Shown here piece by piece: positions 46,233 to 55,008 of a DNA stretch of 64,000 nucleotides (its first letter is position 1; each line of letters starts with the position of its first letter). The stretch is from Minisyncoccota bacterium. GTDB lineage: Bacteria > Patescibacteriota > Minisyncoccia > Phycocordibacterales > SBAW01. Under the pieces are notes generated by a model. It had not been told where the DNA came from, made no database searches, and saw nothing but the letters and a program-made list of their open reading frames with translations. The position numbers and the translations under genes are program-made. Where the stretch lies: the NCBI GenBank assembly GCA_018060985.1, contig JAGOUZ010000001.1, forward strand, positions 21,057 to 85,056, written 5' to 3'.

Positions 46233-47525
46233 ATGTCCAAGACACAATCCCCAGGTCTCACCGAGATAATTAAGCGCGACGGCTCAAGAGTTCCTTTTGA
46301 TAAGAAGAAGATCGTTATTGCTGTCGAGAAGGCCATGCGGGCTGCTGGGGAGTACGCGGAACATGCACCGGATATTGTCGCGGACGCGGTTGTGAAAACG
46401 CTTGCCGAAAAAAAGAAAGCGGACGACAGCTTCATTCCTTCAGTGGAGGGCGTACAAGATGAGGTCGAGCGAGTGTTGATGCTTGAAGAATTTCCTACTA
46501 CAGCAAAATCGTACATACTCTATCGCCAAGAACATGCGCTCCTACGGAAACGAGATATTTTCAAAAAGCGCATTAACCTTAAGCCGTACGAATATCCGGA
46601 ACTTTTAGAGTATGTCGATGCGATTCGTCATTCCTATTGGATACACACCGAGTTCAACTTCACGAGTGATATTCAGGACTTCAAGGTACACGTGACGCCT
46701 GCCGAGCGCACCGCAATCAAGAACGCGATGCTCGCAATCGCACAAATCGAGGTCTCGGTGAAAACATTCTGGGGGAATATCTATCATAAGCTACCGAAGC
46801 CGGAGATCGGCAATGTGGGCTACACGTTCGCGGAGAGTGAGGTACGACACCAAGATGCGTATGCCCATCTTCTTGAGATACTTGGGTTGAATCACGAGTT
46901 TGAAAAAATAAAGGAGATGCCAGCCATTCTGAAGCGTGTGAACTATCTTGAGAAGTCAATACAGCATGCGAAGAGCGACGACAATCGCGACTATGCGCAG
47001 TCCATTCTCCTTTTCTCACTCTTCGTCGAACATGTGTCGCTATTTTCGCAGTTCCTTATCATCATGGCGTTTAACAAGCATAAGAACATCTTCAAAGGAA
47101 TCTCGAATGTGATCGAGGCAACTTCAAAAGAGGAGCAAATACATGGTCTCTTCGGTATCGACATCATCAACATCATCAAACAGGAGCACCCCGAATGGTT
47201 TGACGACGCGTATAACGAAGCCATTATTGAATCGTGTCGTGAGGCGTACGAGGCGGAGAGTGCGATTGTTGATTGGATTTTCGAGGATGGCGAGCTTGAA
47301 CATATTCCCTCTGCGGTTGTGAAGGAGTTCATTAAAAACCGCTTTAACAACTCACTCTCTTCCATTGGTCTGCCGCGCATCTTTCCGACCGATGCAAAAC
47401 TGCTCGATAAAACCGAATGGTTCGACGATGAAGTTATCGCAACCAAGCATGGCGATTTCTTCGTGAAGCGCTCCATCAACTACAACAAACGCAGCAAGAG
47501 TATTACTGAGGATGATCTTTTTTAA
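46233..47525 (+). CDS. nrdB: class I ribonucleotide reductase beta subunit with N-terminal ATP-cone
   Basis: ATP-cone (IIKRDGSRVPFDKKKI...AKSYILYRQEHA) fused to ferritin-like R2 (AESEVRHQDAY, EEQIHG) with C-terminal EDDLF tail. Confidence 0.8.
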   Translation: MSKTQSPGLTEIIKRDGSRVPFDKKKIVIAVEKAMRAAGEYAEHAPDIVADAVVKTLAEKKKADDSFIPSVEGVQDEVERVLMLEEFPTTAKSYILYRQEHALLRKRDIFKKRINLKPYEYPELLEYVDAIRHSYWIHTEFNFTSDIQDFKVHVTPAERTAIKNAMLAIAQIEVSVKTFWGNIYHKLPKPEIGNVGYTFAESEVRHQDAYAHLLEILGLNHEFEKIKEMPAILKRVNYLEKSIQHAKSDDNRDYAQSILLFSLFVEHVSLFSQFLIIMAFNKHKNIFKGISNVIEATSKEEQIHGLFGIDIINIIKQEHPEWFDDAYNEAIIESCREAYEAESAIVDWIFEDGELEHIPSAVVKEFIKNRFNNSLSSIGLPRIFPTDAKLLDKTEWFDDEVIATKHGDFFVKRSINYNKRSKSITEDDLF

Positions 47526-47533
47526 TTCAACAT

Positions 47534-49204
47534 ATGTACTGGCTCAATGAAAACAGTAGGACGTTTCTCGCTAAAGGATACCTTCGTACCGGAGACAGCC
47601 CCGAAGCTCGCATCAGATTTATCGCTAACCGAGCCCAAGAAATACTTGGCATCGAAGGATTCGCCGACAAGTTTTACGAGTACATGTCACGCGGCTACTA
47701 CTCGCTTGCAACACCGGTGTGGGCGAACTTTGGTCTGCGCAAAGGTCTCCCGATCAGTTGCTTCGGCTCTTACATCGGCGACACCATGGGAGACATACTC
47801 TTTACACAAGCCGAGGCGGGAATGATGAGTAAGTTTGGTGGCGGCACATCCGGCTATTTTGGTGCTCTGCGTGGACGCGGCGCACCAATTACTGACAATG
47901 GTGTTTCGTCTGGCTCCGTGCATTTCATGCGTCTCTTTGAGAGCGTCGTGAATGTCGTATCACAAGGAGCAACACGGCGTGGGCACTTCTCCCCCTATCT
48001 TCCCATTGATCACCTGGATATCGAAGAGTTCCTCGAGATTGGCACCGAAGGAAATCCTATTCAAGAACTCACGCACGCAGTATGTGTAAGCGATGAATGG
48101 ATGAAGCAGATGATCGCAGGTGATGCGGCGAAGCGTGCAGTCTGGGCTAAGGTGCTGCAACGCCGTTCGCAGATGGGCTACCCGTACATATTCTTTACCG
48201 ATACCGTAAATAACAACACGGTCGATGTGTACAAAGATAAAGGGCTTCGCATCCACGCGAGCAATCTATGCAGCGAAATCGCCCTGCCCGCAGGTGCGGA
48301 ATGGTCATTCGTGTGCGATCTCTCGTCGCTCAACCTCCTTCACTTCGAGTTGTGGAAGGACACGGATGCGGTTGAGACGCTCGTGTATTTCCTTGATGCG
48401 GTCATGACCGACTTTATCGGTAAGCTCGAAGAAATGCGCGACTCGGAGTCGAGAGAACACAGACTGGCGTTTCAGTTTATGGAGCGAGCATACAACTTTG
48501 CCGTGGCGAACCGCGCACTTGGCGTTGGCGTACTCGGTTGGCACTCGCTCTTGCAGAGCAAGATGCTTTCGTTTGAGAGCATGGAAGCAGCAAAGCTCAA
48601 TGTTCAAATCTTCAAGACGATCAAAGAGCGCGCCTATGCGGCATCCGCAGAGCTCGCAAACCTGTACGGCGAGCCAGAGGTTCTTAAAGGATATGGTCGC
48701 CGCAATACCACGCTCATGGCGATTGCTCCGACGACATCGTCAGCGTTCATTCTCGGGCAAGTTTCGCAGAGCATCGAGCCGGTATGGTCCAACTGCTACG
48801 TGAAAGACATCGACAAAATGAAAGTGACGATCAAAAATCCATTTCTTGAAAAGCTGCTCGAAGAGAAAGGAAAAAATGACAAAGAGACATGGCACAGTGT
48901 CCGCGATAATGACGGCTCGGTACAGCATCTTCCGTTCCTGACGCAAGAAGAAAAGGATGTTTTTAAGACGTTCGCTGAGATCGACCAGTACGCTGTCGTC
49001 GGACAGGCAGCGGTACGGCAGCTGTATATCGACCAGAGTCAGTCACTCAACCTCATGATCAATCCCAAGACTCCAACCAAAGATGTGAACGCGCTATACA
49101 TCGAAGCATGGAAGCAGGGCGTGAAGTCGCTTTATTATCAACACAGCATGAACGCAGCACAGACTCTCAACAGGAAGAAGCTCTGCGTTAATTGCGAAGC
49201 CTAA
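47534..49204 (+). CDS. nrdA: class I ribonucleotide reductase alpha subunit lacking ATP-cone
   Basis: active-site NLCSEI, C-terminal Cys pair (CVNCEA), 556 aa, no N-terminal cone. Confidence 0.85.
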   Translation: MYWLNENSRTFLAKGYLRTGDSPEARIRFIANRAQEILGIEGFADKFYEYMSRGYYSLATPVWANFGLRKGLPISCFGSYIGDTMGDILFTQAEAGMMSKFGGGTSGYFGALRGRGAPITDNGVSSGSVHFMRLFESVVNVVSQGATRRGHFSPYLPIDHLDIEEFLEIGTEGNPIQELTHAVCVSDEWMKQMIAGDAAKRAVWAKVLQRRSQMGYPYIFFTDTVNNNTVDVYKDKGLRIHASNLCSEIALPAGAEWSFVCDLSSLNLLHFELWKDTDAVETLVYFLDAVMTDFIGKLEEMRDSESREHRLAFQFMERAYNFAVANRALGVGVLGWHSLLQSKMLSFESMEAAKLNVQIFKTIKERAYAASAELANLYGEPEVLKGYGRRNTTLMAIAPTTSSAFILGQVSQSIEPVWSNCYVKDIDKMKVTIKNPFLEKLLEEKGKNDKETWHSVRDNDGSVQHLPFLTQEEKDVFKTFAEIDQYAVVGQAAVRQLYIDQSQSLNLMINPKTPTKDVNALYIEAWKQGVKSLYYQHSMNAAQTLNRKKLCVNCEA

Positions 49205-49217
49205 TTGAAAAAGTACT

Positions 49218-49589
49218 ATGGAACTCTCAAACGAAGTTATCGATCTCCTGCTCAACGCTGACAGCAAAGCACTTGCCACGACGGGTCCAAACGGTCTCAA
49301 CGTCGTACCGGTTTCAACGATCCGCGTCGTTGATGGAAAGATTTTGCTTATGAACTACTTCTTTAGGAAAACTATCGAAAATATCGCTGTTCAACCCCAA
49401 GTGTCGCTCGTAGGATGGAAGGGTTTCGATGGGTACCAAGTAAAAGGTAACGTCTTGTATGTGACTGAAGGTCCTCAGTTTGACGAAGCAAAGGCGTGGG
49501 TAGCACAAAACCTGCGTGATCGAATCGTCAAAGGACTCCTTATCCTCACGCCCGAAGCCATATACAACATTTCGCCGACCACAACATAA
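49218..49589 (+). CDS. PNPOx-like FMN-binding split-barrel protein
   Basis: 123 aa, pyridoxamine-5'-phosphate-oxidase-like pattern. Confidence 0.5.
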   Translation: MELSNEVIDLLLNADSKALATTGPNGLNVVPVSTIRVVDGKILLMNYFFRKTIENIAVQPQVSLVGWKGFDGYQVKGNVLYVTEGPQFDEAKAWVAQNLRDRIVKGLLILTPEAIYNISPTTT

Positions 49590-49595
49590 AAATTC

Positions 49596-50291
49596 ATGTT
49601 TGTCGATGTTTCCGAATATATTGTACTGGCACGGAAGCAGGAAACATGCACCACGACCACGCTTACACTCGCGAAATCGGACGGCTCTATTCCTCAGTAC
49701 CGTCCAGGGCAGTGCCTCACGGTATATTTCACCGATTTTAGTCCCACGCTCGGTAAGCAGTACAGCATATCGAGCGCGCCATGTGAACAAATGTGCGCCA
49801 TAACAGTGAAGGCGATAGGAAGATTCTCCAATCGATTGTGTTCACTAGTTCCAGGAAATCGGATACTCGCTTCCGACCCACAGGGCAACTTTTGTCCTAC
49901 ATGGGAACGTAGTATGGTTCTCCTCGCTGGCGGCATGGGTATCACTCCTTTTCGAAGCGTTATTGTCGAGGCAATGTTGCTATCTCTCAATCCACAAATA
50001 AAGCTCTTTTATAGCAACAAGCTTTCAACAGATATGCCTTTTGGAAATGAACTATATTTACTTTCCCAGCAATACTCTCCGTTTAGTATCGAGCGGTTTG
50101 TTACTAAAGAGCCAACTTCGTCTACGGAGTTAAGGTATCGTCGAATGCGTCCAGATGACATTCTCAGCATACGCGACCCTCAAATCGAATACTTAATCAG
50201 TGGCTCGCTCAACTTTGTCCTCGGACTCAAGAACGCGCTCGTAGTAGCGGGTGTGGATCGGGCAAACATATTAACCGAGTCATATTTTTGA
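49596..50291 (+). CDS. ferredoxin-NADP reductase-like oxidoreductase (FAD + NAD(P) domains)
   Basis: RxYS-type FAD motif (KQYSIS), GGMGITP NAD(P) motif. Confidence 0.6.
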   Translation: MFVDVSEYIVLARKQETCTTTTLTLAKSDGSIPQYRPGQCLTVYFTDFSPTLGKQYSISSAPCEQMCAITVKAIGRFSNRLCSLVPGNRILASDPQGNFCPTWERSMVLLAGGMGITPFRSVIVEAMLLSLNPQIKLFYSNKLSTDMPFGNELYLLSQQYSPFSIERFVTKEPTSSTELRYRRMRPDDILSIRDPQIEYLISGSLNFVLGLKNALVVAGVDRANILTESYF

Positions 50292-50603
50292 CAGCACGAA
50301 TACGTATGTATTTATTTGCTAGCGAGCGCGAAGGAAGATAATTAAAATAGTGGCGGAGTATCCTGACGGCAGCATTCATCTCTTAGGAGGATCATCCCCG
50401 CTGCGGATGTACTTTCTCCATCCACCGCATGGTTTCCTCGTCGAACGGCTCCTCGTTCCGGAGGACTTTGACGGCTGCGTCCATTTCGTAGGAGTGCCAA
50501 CCGTTCTGAATGACGGTTCGAAGTTCTCGCGCTGCTCGGAGCATGATAACGACAGACCCTGCCTTGTGCAGGGTTTCGTCGTATCACGAGCACTCGCGAG
50601 CGT

Positions 50604-50697
50604 AGGGCTCGAACCGCAGGCACCCAAAAATAAGGAATCCTATGACTATATTTTTGGGGTGTTCCGACCGAAGGGAGGGGCGAGCCCTACCCGCGGA
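50604..50697. repeat. nested imperfect palindrome at the island boundary, containing the attR-like copy of the tRNA-Asn 3' end
   Basis: outer arms gcgtagggctcg / cgagccctac; inner arms cacccaaaaata / tatttttggggtg; right arm equals tRNA 3'-end repeat 50679-50697. Confidence 0.45.
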
Positions 50698-50773
50698 GCA
50701 AATTTTGACGGATATAATATATTGTGTTATATTCTTTTTGAGTAGTTCCCGCCCAATGTAAAGGAGAACGGCA

Positions 50774-51004
50774 ATGCCGCCAGAATATTCCATTCCGCTC
50801 ATCGTCTTGGGAATTTGGCTGTGGTGCCTCGGTGCGGCAGCCAGCATGTGGTTTGAACCCACCTTCATCAAGAAGGATCGGTTCATGTGGTTTCTGTCAT
50901 TTTTCGTTTGGTGGCTCGTTCTGCCCTATCAGTTATGGGGCATGCGCCACTTCGACATCTACCGTTACCTTTGGAACGAATCATGGATAAAGGATAACGG
51001 TTGA
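50774..51004 (+). CDS. small membrane protein (76 aa, Trp-rich)
   Basis: AAGGAG RBS before ATG; two TM helices; terminator downstream (51039-51073). Confidence 0.45.
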   Translation: MPPEYSIPLIVLGIWLWCLGAAASMWFEPTFIKKDRFMWFLSFFVWWLVLPYQLWGMRHFDIYRYLWNESWIKDNG

Positions 51005-51038
51005 TTCCTCAACTATCGTTCAGTCTACCGCCCACAGA

Positions 51039-51073
51039 AAGCCGCTTGGCTTCGATCGGGCGGCTTTTCTTTT
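51039..51073 (+). terminator. rho-independent terminator
   Basis: aagccgcttggcttcgatcgggcggctt + ttcttttt. Confidence 0.55.
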
Positions 51074-51183
51074 TAAAATATGGGAACGTAGATTAACTCG
51101 TTCTGAAGACTTATCCACGTTCGAACAAACCCAACGGTTTGGAGCCCCGGTAACTAAACCCTCTAATTTGCTACACTGGAACT

Positions 51184-51366
51184 ATGGAAACGAGAACTAA
51201 AGTAAAAGTAGTTACAGCAGTAATTCTTTTTGCGGCACTGATATTCCTCGGAGCAACCTGGTGGGTAAATGGCCAAAATGACACGTGGCTGTACGTATCA
51301 TCTGCACTGATCGTCGTGACGTCATTCTTTTATATATCCTCTCCTAAAAAGAACAAAGATAAGTAG
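51184..51366 (+). CDS. small two-TM protein (60 aa)
   Basis: ORF with hydrophobic helices. Confidence 0.3.
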   Translation: METRTKVKVVTAVILFAALIFLGATWWVNGQNDTWLYVSSALIVVTSFFYISSPKKNKDK

Positions 51367-51451
51367 GCGGCTTGCTCGGACTATACGAAAAGCTATACGA
51401 AAAGCGCCCCAGAGGGGGCGCTTTTCTGTTTCCTGCAACTGGAACCGAACC

Positions 51452-51790
51452 TTAGATACTCTTCTTTCTCCAATTAGTAATGGTGAGGAAGATACCTGCC
51501 GCAAGAATGACCGGGAGCGACCATAGGAGCGCTGTCGTAAATGCATTCGTTCCTTGGCCACCGTCGATACCATTCACCACGGTGCCACTGAGCGCCTGCT
51601 CCCCCTTCACGTTCATGATTGTTGCTTCTTCACCTCCGAGTAGTGATCCACTGCCACTTTGGTCGGTAGAGCCGTCCGAGGACAGAGAACCCGTTACTTC
51701 AGAAGCGAAGGCGATCGGGGCGCTGCCCGCTAACACGAGAAGTGATAGAAGAGCAGTTTGGGCAATGATGCGTGAGATGTTACGAGTCAT
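51452..51790 (-). CDS. small secreted Gly/Ser-rich protein with C-terminal membrane anchor
   Basis: signal peptide, C-terminal hydrophobic segment + RKK. Confidence 0.5.
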   Translation of the reverse strand: MTRNISRIIAQTALLSLLVLAGSAPIAFASEVTGSLSSDGSTDQSGSGSLLGGEEATIMNVKGEQALSGTVVNGIDGGQGTNAFTTALLWSLPVILAAGIFLTITNWRKKSI

Positions 51791-51801
51791 AAGCGTTGTT
51801 G

Positions 51802-52833
51802 TTATTCGAGTGTCCTAACACCGTAGTTGGTGCTGTAGTTGCCGTTGAAGGTGCTCGTAGGGATGGCAACTTCGACAAGAACCTTAACCTGCAAACCTTC
51901 CTCGGTCGGGTCGAGGTCGCCTGTCATATGGAGGTCAGGCGAAGAGTAGGTGTTTGCTGCAGTAAGGAGTACAGTGCTGCTTGCACTTGCCTGCGCAGAA
52001 GAGATGCGCATATTGTTTGCAACCGGGATAGTGTGGGCTGCGTTGTTTTCATCTACCCAGTTGGCAAACTTCATTGCCAAGTTCGGCTCATCGGTTGGTA
52101 CCGTGATGTTGAAGACATACTGCCAGCCGTCGGTAAACTGCCCATTTGCAGTTGCGGTAGTTTTCTTTGCTTCAACCGAGGTCACTTCAAGGTCACCCGG
52201 GTCTTCAGTAGTCTGGCCACCAGTTACGGTACCAGTAATTTCTCCTGATGATCCACCTGGAGTGGTGGTTGCGTTGTCATCACAGCTCTTGTTCCACACA
52301 ATGACGTACTTGTCTTGCTGGAGGTCAGTAAAGGACGGAGATGTCGTGCTGACAGCTGCTGCCTTTGCTTGTGCAAGGGTTGAGCCCACGCTGTAGCCAA
52401 CGAGCGCAAAAGGTTTGCTGCTCTCGACAGTACATGCAGCGCTTACATTTGCGCCGTCGAGTACTTCATTAGTGCTGTAGGATGAACCCTTATTGAGTTC
52501 AGCTGTTTTAGCTTGATAGGCCGGAGAGGTGTCTGACGAAAGTGCGTAGTTACCACTTCCCTCGCCTACGCCCTCTTCGTCATTCCAAGAGGCCATCATA
52601 GGGAACGACACGCTGTCAGCAGTTGCTACGGTTGCCGCTTCACCATCGATGTATTTCTTTATCGTAACCGTTACCATGTCATCGCCCTCTTCGGCATGCG
52701 CATGGTTAGGCCACCACCAAAAGGCTTGTGCCGGGGTGGCTTGCACAAATCCTGCTCCGAGTATTGCAACTCCGAGAGAAAGTGCGACTGTAGCCTTACC
52801 TACTGTTTTTATTTGTTCAGTAATTGATTTCAT
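51802..52833 (-). CDS. secreted hypothetical surface protein (about 344 aa)
   Basis: signal peptide MKSITEQIKTVGKATVALSLGVAILGAGFVQATPAQA; start trimmed from the listed ORF; co-operonic with 51452-51790. Confidence 0.5.
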   Translation of the reverse strand: MKSITEQIKTVGKATVALSLGVAILGAGFVQATPAQAFWWWPNHAHAEEGDDMVTVTIKKYIDGEAATVATADSVSFPMMASWNDEEGVGEGSGNYALSSDTSPAYQAKTAELNKGSSYSTNEVLDGANVSAACTVESSKPFALVGYSVGSTLAQAKAAAVSTTSPSFTDLQQDKYVIVWNKSCDDNATTTPGGSSGEITGTVTGGQTTEDPGDLEVTSVEAKKTTATANGQFTDGWQYVFNITVPTDEPNLAMKFANWVDENNAAHTIPVANNMRISSAQASASSTVLLTAANTYSSPDLHMTGDLDPTEEGLQVKVLVEVAIPTSTFNGNYSTNYGVRTLE

Positions 52834-53020
52834 AGTGTGTTTAATTATTGTTACTAATAAGAAGCTTTTAATAGTGCGCCCCTGAAAGCTGTACATTGAT
52901 GACGGATGACACGCACCAGTCTCAGCCATATCTGGGATGCACTACTTACCCTACATAAAGGCTACTTAAGTTTGGATGAACTAGGCCGCCATAAGAAAAA
53001 AGCCGCTGTGAGGCGGCTTG

Positions 53021-53323
53021 TTATTTTATAGATTGTTTACTCAGGGCCCACCGCACTGATGGGCTTACTTTCTTATCGGTACGGTGTATACAGCCTATCC
53101 AGCAGCACGGGCACCGCTTCCCGTCTTTTAGTTCGCTAACCATGCGGGTGGTATGCTCTTTTCGCGTCTCTACCCTTTTGACAGTGACAACCCAGCAGAT
53201 CCACTCGTTGCGTGCGAGCGGCGAAATGTCTTCCCACGCGGCAAGCGCTTTTGGCGAGGCAGCGAGTGCTTTTTGCATATCGGCAGGCAGCTTGTGCACA
53301 GTGCCGCTTGAGATCTTAGCCAT
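53021..53323 (-). CDS. YdeI/OmpD-associated (OmdA) family protein with Cys-rich tail
   Basis: pattern LPADMQKALAASPKALAAWEDISPLARNEWICWVVTVKRVETR. Confidence 0.5.
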   Translation of the reverse strand: MAKISSGTVHKLPADMQKALAASPKALAAWEDISPLARNEWICWVVTVKRVETRKEHTTRMVSELKDGKRCPCCWIGCIHRTDKKVSPSVRWALSKQSIK

Positions 53324-54095
53324 GCTTCAGTTTATCCCGATAAATGATAGTAACAAGCGCAAAACTCAAAATAAGCAGCAAGAACCATGAACCCATTTTG
53401 CTAAATGATACGAGGTGCCAATACTCGAGTTGATTTGGGTAGAGCCAAATACTCGTAAATGTACCAATGTTTTCTGCAATCCACACAAACAGCGACGTTA
53501 AAAACGAGGTAAGCAAAAAAGGCATGTTACGAACTTTTTTATATACCTGGAAGCGCACATTGGTCCTCCAAAAAATAATAATTGTATAGGCGAACAAGAC
53601 GTACCGGATGTCGTAAATATAGTGGTGTGTAAAGAAGTTCACATAAATAAGCGTCGCGAGTATCCAAAGATGATAATAGGCAGGAAAACGCTCAAAGGTA
53701 AGGTGTAGAAAGATAAAAGCACGCGAGATGTAGCTCCCTATCGCCGAGTAGAGAAAGCCAGTAAACAATGGCACGGTGCTGAGCATAAACACCACCCCTT
53801 CCCTCCCTGGATACATCCACGAGCCAATCGCCGGACTGGTCTTAAAGAGCTCCATTCCAGTTGCAAGCAGGTGGAAGATAATAATGACAAAAAACTCTCT
53901 TTTACTTTCAAACTTACACAGCAGTGCGCAGAGCTGGAAGCCAACTGCAGAAAGAAAGATAAAGTCGTAGCGACTTATAAACGGGATAGGAACCAGTTCG
54001 GTAAGCAAAAATAACGAAAGTAGGTACGCACCAAAAATGCTTGCTCTTAGGTTGGCAATAAAAAAGCACCATAGCTCTATGATGAAATTCCGCAT
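53316..54095 (-). CDS. polytopic integral membrane protein (unknown family)
   Basis: 7-8 predicted TM helices, 259 aa. Confidence 0.5.
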   Translation of the reverse strand: MRNFIIELWCFFIANLRASIFGAYLLSLFLLTELVPIPFISRYDFIFLSAVGFQLCALLCKFESKREFFVIIIFHLLATGMELFKTSPAIGSWMYPGREGVVFMLSTVPLFTGFLYSAIGSYISRAFIFLHLTFERFPAYYHLWILATLIYVNFFTHHYIYDIRYVLFAYTIIIFWRTNVRFQVYKKVRNMPFLLTSFLTSLFVWIAENIGTFTSIWLYPNQLEYWHLVSFSKMGSWFLLLILSFALVTIIYRDKLKHG

Positions 54096-54240
54096 GTGTA
54101 TCTAGTATGTATCACCCTCTTATAACCTCTCCTAATGCCCCAAAAGTTCTTAAAAGTAATTTGACAAATCAACATATGCAAGGCATTTTATATCTAACTA
54201 GTTCCTATATAAGTGTCTGACGAGCCCACGGAGGAACGAC

Positions 54241-54447
54241 ATGTTCTGGATTGGAATCGGCCTTATCGTTTTGGGAGTAATCTTAGTGTATTACTCTTCA
54301 GTGCGCTTAGCTGGCACATTTGGATCGAAAAAACCTGTGCTTGTCCATCCAACCTCAACCAGAATCTGGAGCAACGTGCAGTCTTTTGCAATACTAGGCG
54401 CGGCAGTCGGCGTAGCGTTCGTGGCTATAGACCTGCTCGTGCTCTAG
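54241..54447 (+). CDS. small two-TM membrane protein
   Basis: 68-aa hydrophobic ORF. Confidence 0.3.
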   Translation: MFWIGIGLIVLGVILVYYSSVRLAGTFGSKKPVLVHPTSTRIWSNVQSFAILGAAVGVAFVAIDLLVL

Positions 54448-54552
54448 ATTGCCGCGCCCGATCGAGATTGTCTCGACATCCAAGCCGCCCCTTCCACCGG
54501 GCGGCTTCTTCTTTTGCCACAGACTCTTTGCATGGTATGCTCTTTACTTATG

Positions 54553-54984
54553 TCAAAACGCGGGTCGAAATATCAGGTGGGCGATTTTAAGCTCCAGGTT
54601 AAGCGGTCAAAGACCGGCAAAGGCCTTTTTGCTAATACCGCTATACCCAGGGGCGCCTGTATCATCGAGTACACCGGCCGTGTCGTGAGCGAAGCGAAGC
54701 AGGCACGCATGTCGGGTAAATATCTTTTCGAGGTAAGTAAAAAAGTCACTATCGACGGCAACATCCCCTCCAACAAAGCGCGTTATATAAACCACTCCTG
54801 CGCCCCCAACTGCGAGGCCGATGGACCTAGCGGCAAAGTATTTATTCTTGCATTGCGGAACATCAAACCTGGCGAAGAACTGACCTACGACTACGGCGAA
54901 GAATATTTTGACGAGCACATTAAGCCAAAAGGCTGCCGCTGCCCCAAGTGCACGGCTAAGCGCTCCGCTAAAAACCGAACCTAA
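54553..54984 (+). CDS. SET-domain protein (putative lysine methyltransferase) with post-SET Cys cluster
   Basis: GKGLFA...IIEYTGRVV, RYINHSCAPN, ELTYDYG, CRCPKC. Confidence 0.8.
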   Translation, partial: SKRGSKYQVGDFKLQVKRSKTGKGLFANTAIPRGACIIEYTGRVVSEAKQARMSGKYLFEVSKKVTIDGNIPSNKARYINHSCAPNCEADGPSGKVFILALRNIKPGEELTYDYGEEYFDEHIKPKGCRCPKCTAKRSAKNRT

Positions 54985-55008
54985 GTATTTTATTGCTATA
55001 CTTTCTAC

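Larger units (their letters stand above)
40427..50697. mobile_element. putative integrated element (about 10.3 kb) at tRNA-Asn, bounded by a 19-bp repeat of the tRNA 3' end
   Basis: cgagTcctacccgcggagc (40427-40445) vs cgagCcctacccgcggagc (50679-50697), 18/19; recombinase adjacent to tRNA; GC-elevated left arm; iteron/rep-like module; cargo nirK and nrdAB. Confidence 0.5.

Noticed and set aside
50604-50625. Possible second tRNA (minus strand) from inverted T-arm-like gtagggctcgaacc
   Set aside because: Stems do not pair into a cloverleaf; interpreted as one arm of the boundary palindrome.
50342-50745. Overlapping ORFs (50342-50623 minus, 50376-50627 minus, 50350-50745 plus) right of the FNR-like gene
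   Set aside because: Mutually overlapping, Arg/Ser-rich, span the palindrome and att-like repeat; no recombinase or other motifs found by eye. Treated as non-coding or a degraded remnant.
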